A stretch of DNA of 63,522 nucleotides, filler included, from Squatina squatina (taxonomy: Eukaryota): assembly GCA_031763465.1 (NCBI GenBank). It is 4 parts of 4 records of this genome, joined end to end, with 100 filler letters (N's around TTAATTAATTAA, not from the genome) between each part and the next. Parts side by side here need not be neighbours in the genome. Positions count along the whole stretch, not along the records: positions 28,477 to 51,263 come from JARFOE010000016.1; positions 51,364 to 63,522 come from JARFOE010000004.1; 2 more parts are not named here. One strand, 5' to 3'. A program made the position numbers and the translations under genes. Below the pieces are notes generated by a model, which worked only from the letters and a program-made list of their open reading frames with translations, was not told where the DNA came from and did not search any database. Shown one piece after another: positions 42,501 to 54,711 of this stretch (positions are counted from its first letter, which is position 1; each line of letters starts with the position of its first letter).

Positions 42501-44844
42501 ATAAAGCAGGTGATCAGGGCAGACAGGAAACAGATAGACTGTGCTCCCTGACACCCTGGTGGATAACCACACCACACAGTGTGGTACTGAGTTATACCAT
42601 AATAGGCAGTGCTTCAACTCAAGCAGGCTCACTTACTTAAAGGATTCATATTCACAAGCTTTATTTCTCTTTAAACAAATGAAATTAAGGCATCGATGCT
42701 GCTTAACCTTGTGGCATATGGGATGCTCTAAATACTAGTTCTTCACAGAGCAGAGCACCTAAGCACTTGACAATGGAATTCTTCAGGCTGATGCGAGAGA
42801 TCCTGGAGGGACAGTTGGCCTGACAACCCCCACAGGTCATTTTGCTAAAGCTCATTGCCCGAGGACCTGTGTTTGAAGCATTACTGACTGTTACGTTGTG
42901 TTCACCTACAGGGAGAGTGTACAAACTCCATATTGAGAACACAGAAAATCTACCATACGTGGATTTCACTTCAGCTGTTTTGAAGATTCAAACGATCAGA
43001 TATAAAACCTTTTTATTCCGATGGTTCAACAAGCAAAGTGGTAGGTAGCTAAACAGATCAGTTGGATTTCCCACTCCTGGTGCAATGACCTCTGCTGTAA
43101 AGTCTCAACAAATGTCTGTCAAAGACAGGATGAAACACACAGAAGTTCACCAGGTGACTGCAGTTCAATCCATGGTTTTGAGCACAACCGACTTCAGCAA
43201 CTCTACACTAGAGGGGGAAAGCGCCAGATTTGCATTCCTAATGGCTATTCAATACCCACCAACAAATGAAGACCACTCAGGGGTTGACAGGATTATGAAG
43301 CTATACCTCTTGGGGGAGAAAACAGACAAGGCTTTCCTGATGGTTCCCTAAGCAAGTGTGCAGAGTTTATTTATCTCGACTGGAGCAGCAGAGCATGAGC
43401 TACAATTGGTCTCCGCTTCAATATCCTACAGGTAGGGACCAAANNNNNNNNNNNNNNNNNNNNNNNNNNNNNNNNNNNNNNNNNNNNNNNNNNNNNNNNN
43501 NNNNNNNNNNNNNNNNNNNNNNNNNNNNNNNNNNNNNNNNNNNTATTCCTGCCAGCAGTCTAGCTGGTGCTTTCCCAGACAGAATGAGTTGGAAGGGAGA
43601 TGACTGTGGCAGGATGATGCTCAGAGGGTGCTTTAGTGCACTTCCGCATTTTCCAAATTAATCAGGGTTTGAACCCCTTCTCCCATCCCACAGTAAATTT
43701 GGCAAATGCAGTGCAGGCATTTTCAGACACATCCTAAGACACCCGTGTGTTCTTGAGAGCAGTACATTTCAGAACAGAGCTTCTGAAAGAATACAACAGT
43801 TCCTTCGAAAGTCCATCAAAAAAGCAAAATAAACTTCAAGAAAAAGAGAACCCACATTTTAAGACACTTCCAAAAAACGATTCTTTGCCTCAAGTTACAT
43901 TGAAAGATATTTTTAAAAATTAAAACAGCGGGTTCCCAAGACCCAGATCTGACAAAAAAACAGCTACCATCAAAAACATACAATTAAAAATCAGTGCCGA
44001 CATAAAAGTACCAGATTCAAGAGAGCTTCAGCATCACTTGCTCAGCTAAAGAAAAAAACTTTCTCTTCTTAAAATGTCCCTCAGGCAATACGGGTTAAAG
44101 AGGTGTTCTTGGCTTACAAAAAAAAACATATACCACACATAGATATATAAAAAAGACACAGCATTGAGTGTTAGAAAAGGTTAAGCCTAAAAGCTGTTAT
44201 TCAAAAAAAAGCACGACTGAAAAAATAGGTCAGGTATTGGAGTACCTACCAAATTGAAGGTAAAAATGAATAGAGCAAAGGCTGAGGCAGCAGTTTAGAG
44301 GAAAGCCAATAAAAACCCAGGCAGTAATGTGTATTTCTTTATATATATATATATAGTTTAAAAAAAAAGAAATACTTTCAACAGAATCCCAAACTGTGCT
44401 CAGAGACACAGCGAGCACTCAGGCAAGATTAACAGCTCCAGGCTGTGACGATGCACCTATTCAGACTGGCTCGCTGGGATTTGCTGCTGTGGTATTATCT
44501 ACCTCGGCACCTGTCACATCTCAGGAGGAAGGAAAGGGGCGGAGATTGTCTTCTCCTTTGGTCATGTGAGCTCCTCACAGACACTAATAGGCTTTCTGAT
44601 TGTCTGTGAGCAATCGTGTGTCACGCACAGGTCCAGCAGCCCATAAATATTTCAGACAGATAGNNNNNNNNNNNNNNNNNNNNNNNNNNNNNNNNNNNNN
44701 NNNNNNNNNNNNNNNNNNNNNNNNNNNNNNNNNNNNNNNNNNNNNNNNNNNNNNNNNNNNNNNCGCCCCATCTCTGTCTCCGTCGACTCCCCACCCCCCT
44801 GCTCTCTCCCTCCGTTGGCTTGTAAATAGTGGCTTTGAAGGGTT

Positions 44845-45400
44845 CTGCTATAACCTCTATAAAACACTGATTAGGCCTCAGCTGGAGTCTTCTGTATAAT
44901 ATTGAGCACCACACGTTCGGAAGGATGTCATGGCCTCAGAGGGTGCGGAGGAGATTTATGAGAATGGTACCAGGGACGAAGGACTTCAGTTATGTGGAGA
45001 GATTGGGAAAGCTGGGATCGTTCTTAGGGAAGACCTAATGGAGGTATTCAAAGTTATGAGGGGTTTGGTAGAGCAAGTATTGAGAAACGTTCCTCTGGCA
45101 TGTGGATCAGTTACCAGGGGTCAGAGATTTAAAATAATTGGCAAAAGAACTGGCGGGGAAATGAGAATTTTTCTCAGAGGGTTGTCAAGATCTGGGATGC
45201 ATGACCTGAAAGGATGGTGAAATCAGATTCTATAGGAACTTGTAAAAGGCAATTGGAGATGTAATTGAAGAGGACTAATTTGCAAGGTTGTGGGAAAAAA
45301 GTGGGGTGTGGAATTAATTGGACAGCTCTTTCAAAAAACTGGCACTAGCACGACAGGTCGAATGGCCTCCTTCAGTGATGCAAGATTTTATGATTCTAAG
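44845..45400 (+). mobile_element. CR1-type LINE 3' fragment
   Basis: NLYKTLIRPQLE motif followed by a CR1 3'UTR. Confidence 0.8.
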
Positions 45401-46544
45401 GAAAAAGGTGAGTTTTTTTTCCTGGATGCCAATACAGAGGTGCTGCTGACATAAATTAGAAAATGGAGAGACACCACTGTTGGAAAACCAGGGAACGGGC
45501 TATTACATGCACTATGTGAAAGGAGCTGGCTGTCCAGAACCCCAACGACCCCCTTGCAGTGTCAGAATTTTACTGACCTCACTAGGTGAAGAAGGTTAAA
45601 AGTGTGTTCAGAGGAATAACGGGAGATAACTAAATCAGAGAAGTACGCGAGTTTTCCTGCGAACAGTCAATAATTGCCCTTTAGCAGATCACATAGCACC
45701 ATGGTCCTTGTCTTAGAAGCAAAGTTATTTGGCAGCACTCATGTCAAGTGTCTCACATCCTGTATTGCATGCTAGCATACTGAGGTTTCACAAACTACTG
45801 TCCATTTCACGAATCCTGACAGCAGGATGTGGAGCCAGCAGCAGCCAATTAACACATCGGCATCCCTGCTGCGAGAGAAGACAGCATATAGTGCCAGGGA
45901 ACACCACGCTAATGGAGGACGATGTGCCAACATCCAGCATTTGAAGAGGAAGTGATGGCCATAATCAGCTTCCACTCTTGCCTAGCAGTTGGGGTGGAGG
46001 TGTGGGAGTTCTGTACCTTCATTGGTTTGAGAGAATATGTCCTTTTTCCTTTTTCATGTTTCTATGTATTCTTCAAAACCTTCACCAGCTACTATTTTCC
46101 TCATAAGAGATCTGCAATGTAGCTGAATAAAATAGAATTCTGCTCAGTTTCCTCTACCTCTAGTGCACACCATAATTAATCATCTCCCTTGCACTGAGCA
46201 GCCTAGAGACACATTCACTCGAGGGGATACAGACAGTGCAGATGAGGAATTGACACATGGTGAGACACAGAGCACAAGGAAGACAGAGGATGCAGATGTA
46301 GCAGTGGAGTCGTTGTCGAGTGGAGGCGTAACATGTCAGATCCTGGCTGCAGAACAAATGCATGATGATCTCAGGGCTTCTGTGAAAGTGGAAATTGCAA
46401 GAGCATCTGCAAACCTTCACCTACTTCACGGCAGCCAAGTCAATCAACTCAATGTGGAGGCAGTAAATGAAGGACTTCAGGTCTTGGGGGAGTAGCTGCA
46501 GAGGTCATTGTTAGCTGTATTGTAAAGTATACAGGGCAACATCT

Positions 46545-47120
46545 TGTGTAACGTTTGATAAATTATTGACTTTATATTGTTAATTGAAGGACTGTTAATA
46601 TACCATTTGCTCTTCTTTAAAGCATTGCTGCTGTTGTAACCAGTTAAATGAAACTGTTTGTTAGTGAATTATGCAGTGCCTTATAAATGCCTGGGTGTGT
46701 TCAGAAGATTCTAGAAACTGAACTCTAACCCGTGAAAGGGATGCAAGTGTTAAGCTGCCCAGAGACCAGGGACAGCCAATCAAAAGGGTACAAGTGTTGA
46801 GCTGCTTGGAGTCCAGAGACCGAATAAGGAAAAGTGCGAAAACTCAGCGGGATATAAAAGAGAGCAACCACGAAGCTTCTGTGGTGGGAACAGGATTGGA
46901 AATGAAGGACAGAGGAGTTCAAATGATGACGCCCCAGAGGAACTTGGAAGAACTGGAGCCAAGCCTCACTATTACCTATTGCCTCTGAAAAGCATTGCTT
47001 TTGTAATATAGTCCTAAGTGTGCTTAATAAATACTCTGATTTAATCTAAATGCATGTCTGTACCTCGCAGGTCTTATTAGGTCAAGAACCCATGGTGTGA
47101 CTGGTAGGGAGTCCTACATC
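46545..47120 (+). mobile_element. Possible solo LTR
   Basis: TG...CA-like limits, internal direct repeat caagtgtt[a/g]agctgc, CCAAT, TATA-like gatataaaag (~46851) and AATAAA (~47026) in LTR order; no clear TSD. Confidence 0.4.
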
Positions 47121-47539
47121 TCACACAAGTTATCAGTGCTGATATAAAAGGGATATTTCCCAGAGCAGGATAACTTAGAAATCTCACAGTGCCATTTTAA
47201 AACTGGAAAATCAGTAAAGAAATTAAAGGGGCCCAATTGGATAGCACCACATTGGTAGCGCTAGCAGGCAAATGAGTGGGTTTTTAGCACCATATTAATG
47301 CTGATAGAAAAAATGTGGAATTGGACTCTTTAAGAAAACATTTCAGTGGTGCTGCTGCGGGGGCATAATGGGGGTTCTAATCAGCTCCTCTGTGGCGCTA
47401 TTTGTTAATTACTTTCCAGACCTCTCCAGCCCTTAAAGGCAATGTCCAAAGTAACTTCAGCTGCTGCTCAGGTCATTGGCAGTGTGGTTTCTGGAGGAGT
47501 TATTTGTTGTAGCGTGTTGGAGGAAGGATATTAAATATT

Positions 47540-47816
47540 TTGATGCTGGCGAGAGATTTTCTGCGATGCAGCTACATGATGGCAGCTGCAGCTCTACTTC
47601 ATAGATCACGCAGGTTTACAGACCCGGCTCTGGAGGCACTGTTGACAGCAGTGGAGGCTCGGGCTGTGAAACTGTTCAGGCGAGTGGGAAGAAGGGGGAG
47701 CCCACAGCTGGTGAAGGCATTGTGTCATGAAATGGCAGAAGAGGTGTCAGTGGCAGATGCGGTTAATAGGATGCCTCATCAATGTTGGAAGAAATTCAAC
47801 GACTTAGTTCATGCTA
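47540..47816 (+). mobile_element. Myb/SANT-like DNA-binding domain ORF of a PIF/Harbinger element (remnant)
   Basis: RSRRFTDPALEALLTAVEAR...EMAEEVS...RMPHQCWKKFNDL is typical of Harbinger-associated Myb/SANT (NAIF1/MSANTD-like) domains; ends at a gap. Confidence 0.8.
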
Positions 47817-50800
47817 NNNNNNNNNNNNNNNNNNNNNNNNNNNNNNNNNNNNNNNNNNNNNNNNNNNNNNNNNNNNNNNNNNNNNNNNNNNNNNNNNNNN
47901 NNNNNNNNNNNNNNNNCTCTCTGCTCCTCCACCACCCCCCAAAATCGCCATCTCACCCAAGTGACCACTTTTCACGAGGGAACCCAAACAACAAATTTCA
48001 GCAGGCTATTCAACCACGACAGACATCAGAGCGAATTCCGTCTTCACCAGACTTACACTCAGGTTTTCCCCGCAGGAGTCACTGGCAGCAATCCAGAGTG
48101 GGAACTCGGGTTCATTTTATCTCTCCCGGCGGCAGTGTCACTGAGGCCCAGTACAATGGCCCAGCTGAAAAACAGCAAACTCAGCAGTTTCAGAGATTGA
48201 AGTTGGGATCTTCTAAGCGGTATGGCTCAATGTCAAATGGGCGGCGCCATTGGGAGAGCCATCTGAGATTCTCAATACTTAAACAAAAGCAACGTTTACA
48301 GAAACTCTCAGCCACCATCACAGAGTTTCTGACCGTGGTTTAGATAAAAAGTGTAGATGCAAGACATGACACAGGTGATATTCTGCAGTGCTACACCCTT
48401 CCTTGAACATTAAACTGTTTCCCAAAGTACATAATTTATCCCAAGATGGACAGGGCTCTGGTGCAACACACTAGAGCTTGAACGTGTTCTGCCACCGCAC
48501 AGTAGGACAGGAGTTTGCTTCCACAATACCTTGCACAAAATAAATGGACAGGGAGGTTAGCTACTGTAAGACAGTCGGATGACGGGTCAATGATTAGTTA
48601 TTCAGCAGCCTTACCAAAGGCTTGGGTAGGGTCACTTCACCTCCCCACCCACCCGTTCATCTCTCCACCCTCCCCTTCACCGTGCCACCCTCCAATTCAT
48701 GTCCTCCACCCTCCCAATCACCTCCCCCCACCTTCCCGTTCACCACCCCATCCTCCCATTCACCTCCCCACTCTCCCNNNNNNNNNNCCGTGAGCCCCTG
48801 GATCCCAGTACTGGGACACAGAGAGACTTAAAAAGAGAACGAAGACAACACAGAATAGCTTGAAATGCAGAGCATCTACCCCACCAAACAGAAGGCTCTT
48901 GTATCACTACACAGCTGTTAACATAATGTTATGCATGTATAAATCCCAGTTAAATAAAAAATACAGAAGCAGTATTAAATCATTGCAGGTTTATTGTTTC
49001 TTTTAATTTTATGCTCCAGCAAGCACATCTTAATTGTTAAATGCTTGCTCTTTGTAACTCGCACCTAATTCCCAGAGTATTTTCTCTCTCTGGCGGAAAG
49101 CAAGTACATTTTACACTTGTACCTCGTAATTGAAATATGTGAGCTGTAGGTCAGCAAGTTTATCTCGGAATGTGCCAGCAATATTTCCCAGCCTCAGCTG
49201 GGTTAATGGATCAGTCAGGGTTGCAAGAGGGGTGCGACAAGAGACCTCAGCATCCCCAACTCAGGCCTTCCATTCAACGAGGGAGGACGGGGGCGCGCGA
49301 GGGGTGGTGAGAGGTGNNNNNNNNNNNNNNNNNNNNNNNNNNNNNNNNNNNNNNNNNNNNNNNNNNNNNNNNNNNNNNNNNNNNNNNNNNNNNNNNNNNN
49401 NNNNNNNNNNNNNNNNTAAACAGAGCTTTATATAACTGCAACATAACTTCCACCCCTTTGTATTGCAGCCCCCTTGAGATGAAGATTAAGATTATATTCG
49501 CCTTTTAAATTTTTGTACCTGTCCACTAGCTTTTAGTGAGTTCTGTACTTGGACCCCTAAATCTCTCTGCTGCAACACAATTTTCACCATTTAGATAATA
49601 ATCTGATCTATCTTTCTTTCTTTGGTGCAAAGTGGACGACTTCACACTTCACCACACTGAATTTCATCTGCACAGTTTTGCCCCTTCACTTTCTCTATCC
49701 ATGTTCCTTTACACCAGTACTCCTCAGACCAAAGGTCCCTCAAGATGGGGCTGGATATCAGGCAGAGGATGATAAATATTCTGTGAAAGAGCAAGAGCAC
49801 ACATCTCATTTGCTAATATTTAGACCATGCAAATTTTAATTAGTACTGAGAACAAAAGTCTCTGTAATTTCCACAAGGAACAACCTGGTCTGGACTCAGA
49901 CCAACCAGGCCTCCATTTAGAAATTTGTGCAAGGGCAGACAACTCCTGTTTTAACCCAACCATGGTATAAAATTAAAACAGAAATTTTTCTATTGGCTAA
50001 GGGATGAAAACTCTCCTTTCATTACATCTAAGTCATGAACTAGTCACATTCACAAAATCATGGGTGCAAACAGAAATTCAATTACTCTATAATGTAGCAC
50101 ATACCATTTTCAAGTGTCTAACTTTGTACTGGAAGGCACAGCAGAGTTGGCTGGCCAGAAAACTAGTGCCATCTTGGCATCTCTTGGGTGACAACAATAC
50201 TTGTCCTGATCTCCCAACATGCTTTTGTCGCTCGGAAGTGCTAGGCTGCCTGTGATTTACAATTTGTGGACTCTGCTCCACTTTGTTGTCCATGGCACCC
50301 TCTTTAAACTACGCCATTTAGACAGAGATTGGAGTTATTTTTTGCGGGGGCGGGGAGTGGTGGGAATGAGAGGAAAGAGAGGGAATTCTGTCAAAATCCA
50401 ACTTTGGACTTGGCAAGAGATGGTTACCCTTGGAGCATGTTGGGGGTTCTTCACCCACTGTGCCACTTTGACAAAACTAAACATCACAAACTGTCAATGC
50501 ACAGAAAGATTAGGAAATAGGAAATCATTCTGCAAACCACCTGAAAATTCTTAACTGTCAACAGAAGAAAAACAACGATGGATGTTTATTCCCCCTTAAG
50601 AAATGTGAAGGGATTAGCACAAAACATCCAGTAATGTCTGTAGTCTGCAACTGTGTAGGCATCGCTCTGGAACTGATTGGAGCTTGGCTCTCATCTTGTA
50701 TATCAATCAGTTCTGGACCCTAAAGTGCCGACAAGACTTGAATACAATTCCTGCCGTGGGCAGCACATCATTTGCTCTTGGCTGTGCTTGTCAACAACAA

Positions 50801-52857
50801 ATTTTCTCTTCCAGTAACAAAATCAATTAGAATCAAAGTAAGACTGATGACCTGGGCAGCAAAGGAGACTAAAATTGGGATTCAGAGACAATGGTTTGGA
50901 ACTTTGCCAACGCAATCTTGTGTGTGGTTGGAATGCTGACAGATATAACTGGGAACAAAAATTGCTGCAGCATTTGACTCATCGGTGTACATTCAATTTA
51001 AGCCCCATTTACAATTTACTCACTCCTATGTTACAGCTTCGGTATTGAGCAATTTTTAACCTCAAGGTCTGATTATGTTTAGGATATTTTTTTATCTTTT
51101 GGAGCAAAAAAGGGTACTTGCCACCAGGTTTCAGGCCTCTAATGAACCTCGGTAGGAGGGGACCACAAATGGTTAAGGTTGACTTTCTCTTACATTTCTT
51201 CACCAATTCGTGCTCCCCAACCCTGATCCCTCCCGGATCCATCATTTTAAATTTTGAAAATTTNNNNNNNNNNNNNNNNNNNNNNNNNNNNNNNNNNNNN
51301 NNNNNNNTTAATTAATTAANNNNNNNNNNNNNNNNNNNNNNNNNNNNNNNNNNNNNNNNNNNNCTTCGCATCCCTAAACCCAGAACATGCGCGGGCCTTT
51401 GCACACCTCATACGTATCCATAGGGACTGCGATTTCAGGCCCAATATGTCTCACCTAGGTCACTCTTAAAACTTATACTATGCAAATCACTAGAGATTCA
51501 AATTAATAGGCTTGCAACTTATTCCAGTCATACAAATACAAGCTTAGCTGTTGGGTGTTATTTCATGTCTTCATATTCTTGGTGGGGACAACTTGCTAAT
51601 GAACAACTGTTTGTCATACTAACAGAGTCAGAAATGGTACAGGTCTTTGAAGTCTCCCTGATGATTGCAATATCTGCTTTTAAATCATCCATAATAGCCT
51701 GATGTTAATCAATTTAACTGGCCTTAGGGGAGACCTGCCATATATTAATGGTGAATATAGTCAGTAGACCAGTACTGATCAGTAGCCAAGAACTATGTCC
51801 AGGAACGAAGATGAGAGCAGAAGCAATTCCTGTAGAATCTATTGTTTTGCTGTTCCGAAAGCTTTTAACCTGATTCACTAAAAGGCCAGATTTTTACACA
51901 GCACTTAAGAGCAGATTTTACAAATGAGCATTTCAGGAATTTGGGTGCAGAAGTCAAAGGGCATTGCTCAATTTTCTGTACGTTATGGACGGAAAATCCT
52001 GCAGGGCCTGCTAGCCTCTGCATCTGAGTTCCCGATGGGCAGTCCTGGTATAGAAAGCTCTATACCAGGGGTCGCAACTGTTTAAAGTGTTATCTGAGTA
52101 GAGTGCCTCCTAACTTTGGAACAGTCCTCAAAGAAAATCAATAGGGTATTCCGGGAATGTTCTCCAGAATCGGAAATTTTCAGAATCCCTACATTTTGTG
52201 GGACCCCAGGGTGATGCAGCAAATTACCCTGCAGACGGTTAGCTTTCAGATCTGAAATGATATCAGAGGTACAATTAAGGTGAACTTTCATCTTTAGCTC
52301 TCCCAGTGCAAAGCTTCATGTTGGAATTTTGTGTGCGTGCCCTTATGATTTTCTGTCCATTCATTTAAAATCAGCACAGCACCTCCAGTAGCCAGAAAGG
52401 TCACCACCTCCCTCATAAAAACATCAGAACATAGGAACATGAGAATTAGGAGCAGGAATAGAGCATACAGCTCCTCAAGCCTGCTCCGCCATTCAATAAG
52501 ATTTTGGCTGATCTTCAACCTAATCTCCGCATTTCCGCCCGACCCCCTTATCCCTCGATTCCCCTAGAGTTCTAAGAGCTATCTATCTCAACCTTGAACA
52601 TACTCAACAATTCAGCCTCCACAGACCTTTGGGTAGAAAATTATAAAGATTCACAACCCTCTGAGTGAAGAAATTCTTCCTCATCTCAGTCTTAAATGGC
52701 CGACCCCTTATCCTGAGATTATGCCCCCTAGTTCTGGACTCTCCAGCCAGGGGAAACAACCTCTCAGCATCGACGCTGTCAATCCCAATTTCTGCAATTT
52801 GTGTTAAATGTTGTGTTGCGTTTCATTAATCAGTAAAGTCTAAACCATCGAGCAAAA

Positions 52858-53003
52858 TTAATGAGAAAATTCTAAGAAAGCCCTTGAGGAAGATGCAGAA
52901 TCTAAGGACAGGCTTCGGGGTGATGGGTTGATATGGTGATGGAGAGACCAGTGCTCAACTGAAGGGCAGGTATATGAAGTAACTGAAATACACTTATGAT
53001 AGC
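52858..53003 (-). CDS. Candidate terminal exon following the repeated exons
   Basis: Acceptor atgcttattttaacag|GC, phase 1; open (G)YHKCISVTSYTCPSVEHWSLHHHINPSPRSLSLDSASSSRAFLEFSH*. No recognisable homology. Confidence 0.25.
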
Positions 53004-53282
53004 CTGTTAAAATAAGCATGGCAAATAAACGTTCACCTCCGAGACCGCACATGGCATAATTTCCTATCTCATACATATAGTTTTATCATTACCAGATTAA
53101 AACTCTACATTCCAGTAAAGGAGAATGTAAACAACTCATTCAATAACACACTTCATACCTTTATTGAATTACTGAATGCGCTGACTACTATCTCTCTTCC
53201 CTGGCTTATCAAAAAAAGTATCTAAAACATAGCAACCAGTCACCACGCTCAAGAGTCTCTAAACCAAGCTATTGGAAATTCT

Positions 53283-53432
53283 AAGCCCACTGACTCCCAC
53301 AGCTACCTGGACTACACTTCCTCCCACCCCGCTTCCTGTAAAGACTCCATTCCACTCTCCCAGTTCCTCCGTCTCCGTCGCATCTGTTCTGATGATGCCA
53401 CCTTCCAAACCAGCGCTTCCGACATGTCTTCC
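53283..53432 (+). mobile_element. Penelope-like element fragment (RT C-terminal region)
   Basis: Translates to KPTDSHSYLDYTSSHPASCKDSIPLSQFLRLRRICSDDATF, characteristic of Penelope-like ORFs. Confidence 0.85.
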
Positions 53433-53599
53433 NNNNNNNNNNNNNNNNNNNNNNNNNNNNNNNNNNNNNNNNNNNNNNNNNNNNNNNNNNNNNNNNNNNN
53501 NNNNNNNNNNNNNNNNNNNNNNNNNNNNNNNNGTGATCATTGCCTGCTGCTGCTTCTTCAATTTCTTATCCATTTTCAATTACGACCCTGAATCCCCAC

Positions 53600-54350
53600 C
53601 ACCTGAAGCCTCTTGTGTGAAACTTTGTCAAATGCTTTTTGGAAGTCAAAGTACATCACATTCCTAGGGGTTCCCACTGTCTACTTGGGTTGCCATTTCC
53701 TCAACAAAAGCCAGGGAGTTTTGGTTCAGGCAGGATTTGGCCTCCTTTAATTCATGTTGGCTTCTATTTACTAAATTGATGTCATACAGATAATCCTCAA
53801 GTTTGCTCCTGATAACAGAATCCATTATTTTCAACAGTATTGATTTAACATTAATGGATCTATAGTTGCATGGATTTGTTTTGCCACCCTTTGTGAAAAT
53901 GGACATCACATTGACCTGTTTTCAATCTACTGGGATCACCCCAGTGTTTATCGGCTCCTTCATAATGATTTGTCATTCCTCATCTCTCTTTGTACTCCGA
54001 GATAAATACCATCTGTCCCCAAGGGCTCGTTGGTTTTGACTCCTGTTAGCCTGTCTCGGACTTTCATCTCACTTATGTCAAACTCGTTAATTCTACTTCC
54101 ATTATTGCTATTTAGGGAGGACACCTCATCCCCAGTGAATACTTGCAGCAAGTAATCATTTGGTATATTAACTGTCTTCTGTGCTTCACCAGATGGCCCT
54201 ATTAGCCTCTTTTATGGTTCTCACCTGTTTTCTAATTATCCTGTTACTGTTATAGTACTGAATGATTTTTTAATAGTTGTGTCTCATGCAGCTATGTTTT
54301 TTTCCAAATCTGTCTTTGGCTTCCTGATTACCTTTTACACATCTTTCTGC
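53600..54350 (-). mobile_element. CR1-clade LINE RT fragment
   Basis: Peptides IFTKGGKTNPCNYRSI, SQHEL, SCL and PLGTDGIY are degenerate CR1 RT N-terminal motifs. Confidence 0.8.
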
Positions 54351-54651
54351 ATATTCAACTCAGTGGACATCTTCAACTGCAGGACTTGTAGAGGTGATTT
54401 TCACCTTATTTCACTTATTCAGGGACACACTTGTTCAGTCTGATTTTCTAATCCTGAAACGCATTTATCATTACGCCTTTGCGTCAGCCTTGTCTCAGCG
54501 GTAGCACTCTTGTCTCTGAGCCAACAGGTTGTGGGTTCAAGTCCCACTCCANNNNNNNNNNNNNNNNNNNNNNNNNNNNNNNNNNNNNNNNNNNNNNNNN
54601 NNNNNNNNNNNNNNNNNNNNNNNNNNNNNNNNNNNNNNNNNNNNNNNNNNN

Positions 54652-54711
54652 GTGCGGTTTCTGTTAGTGGGAGAGCAGATGGGAAATTCACAATAGAAGT
54701 GGTCTCAGTTC
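54652..54711 (-). CDS. Repeated exon, copy 1 (3' part in gap)
   Basis: Acceptor actctccag|GA; visible part matches copy 3 (TETTSIVNFPSALPLTETA). Confidence 0.5.

Noticed and set aside
53684-53696. Minus-strand ATGGCAACCCAAG (MATQ) resembling CTNNB1 exon 2
   Set aside because: It lies inside a CR1 RT fragment (FVEEMATQVDSG) and lacks the phase-1 GT donor; coincidence.
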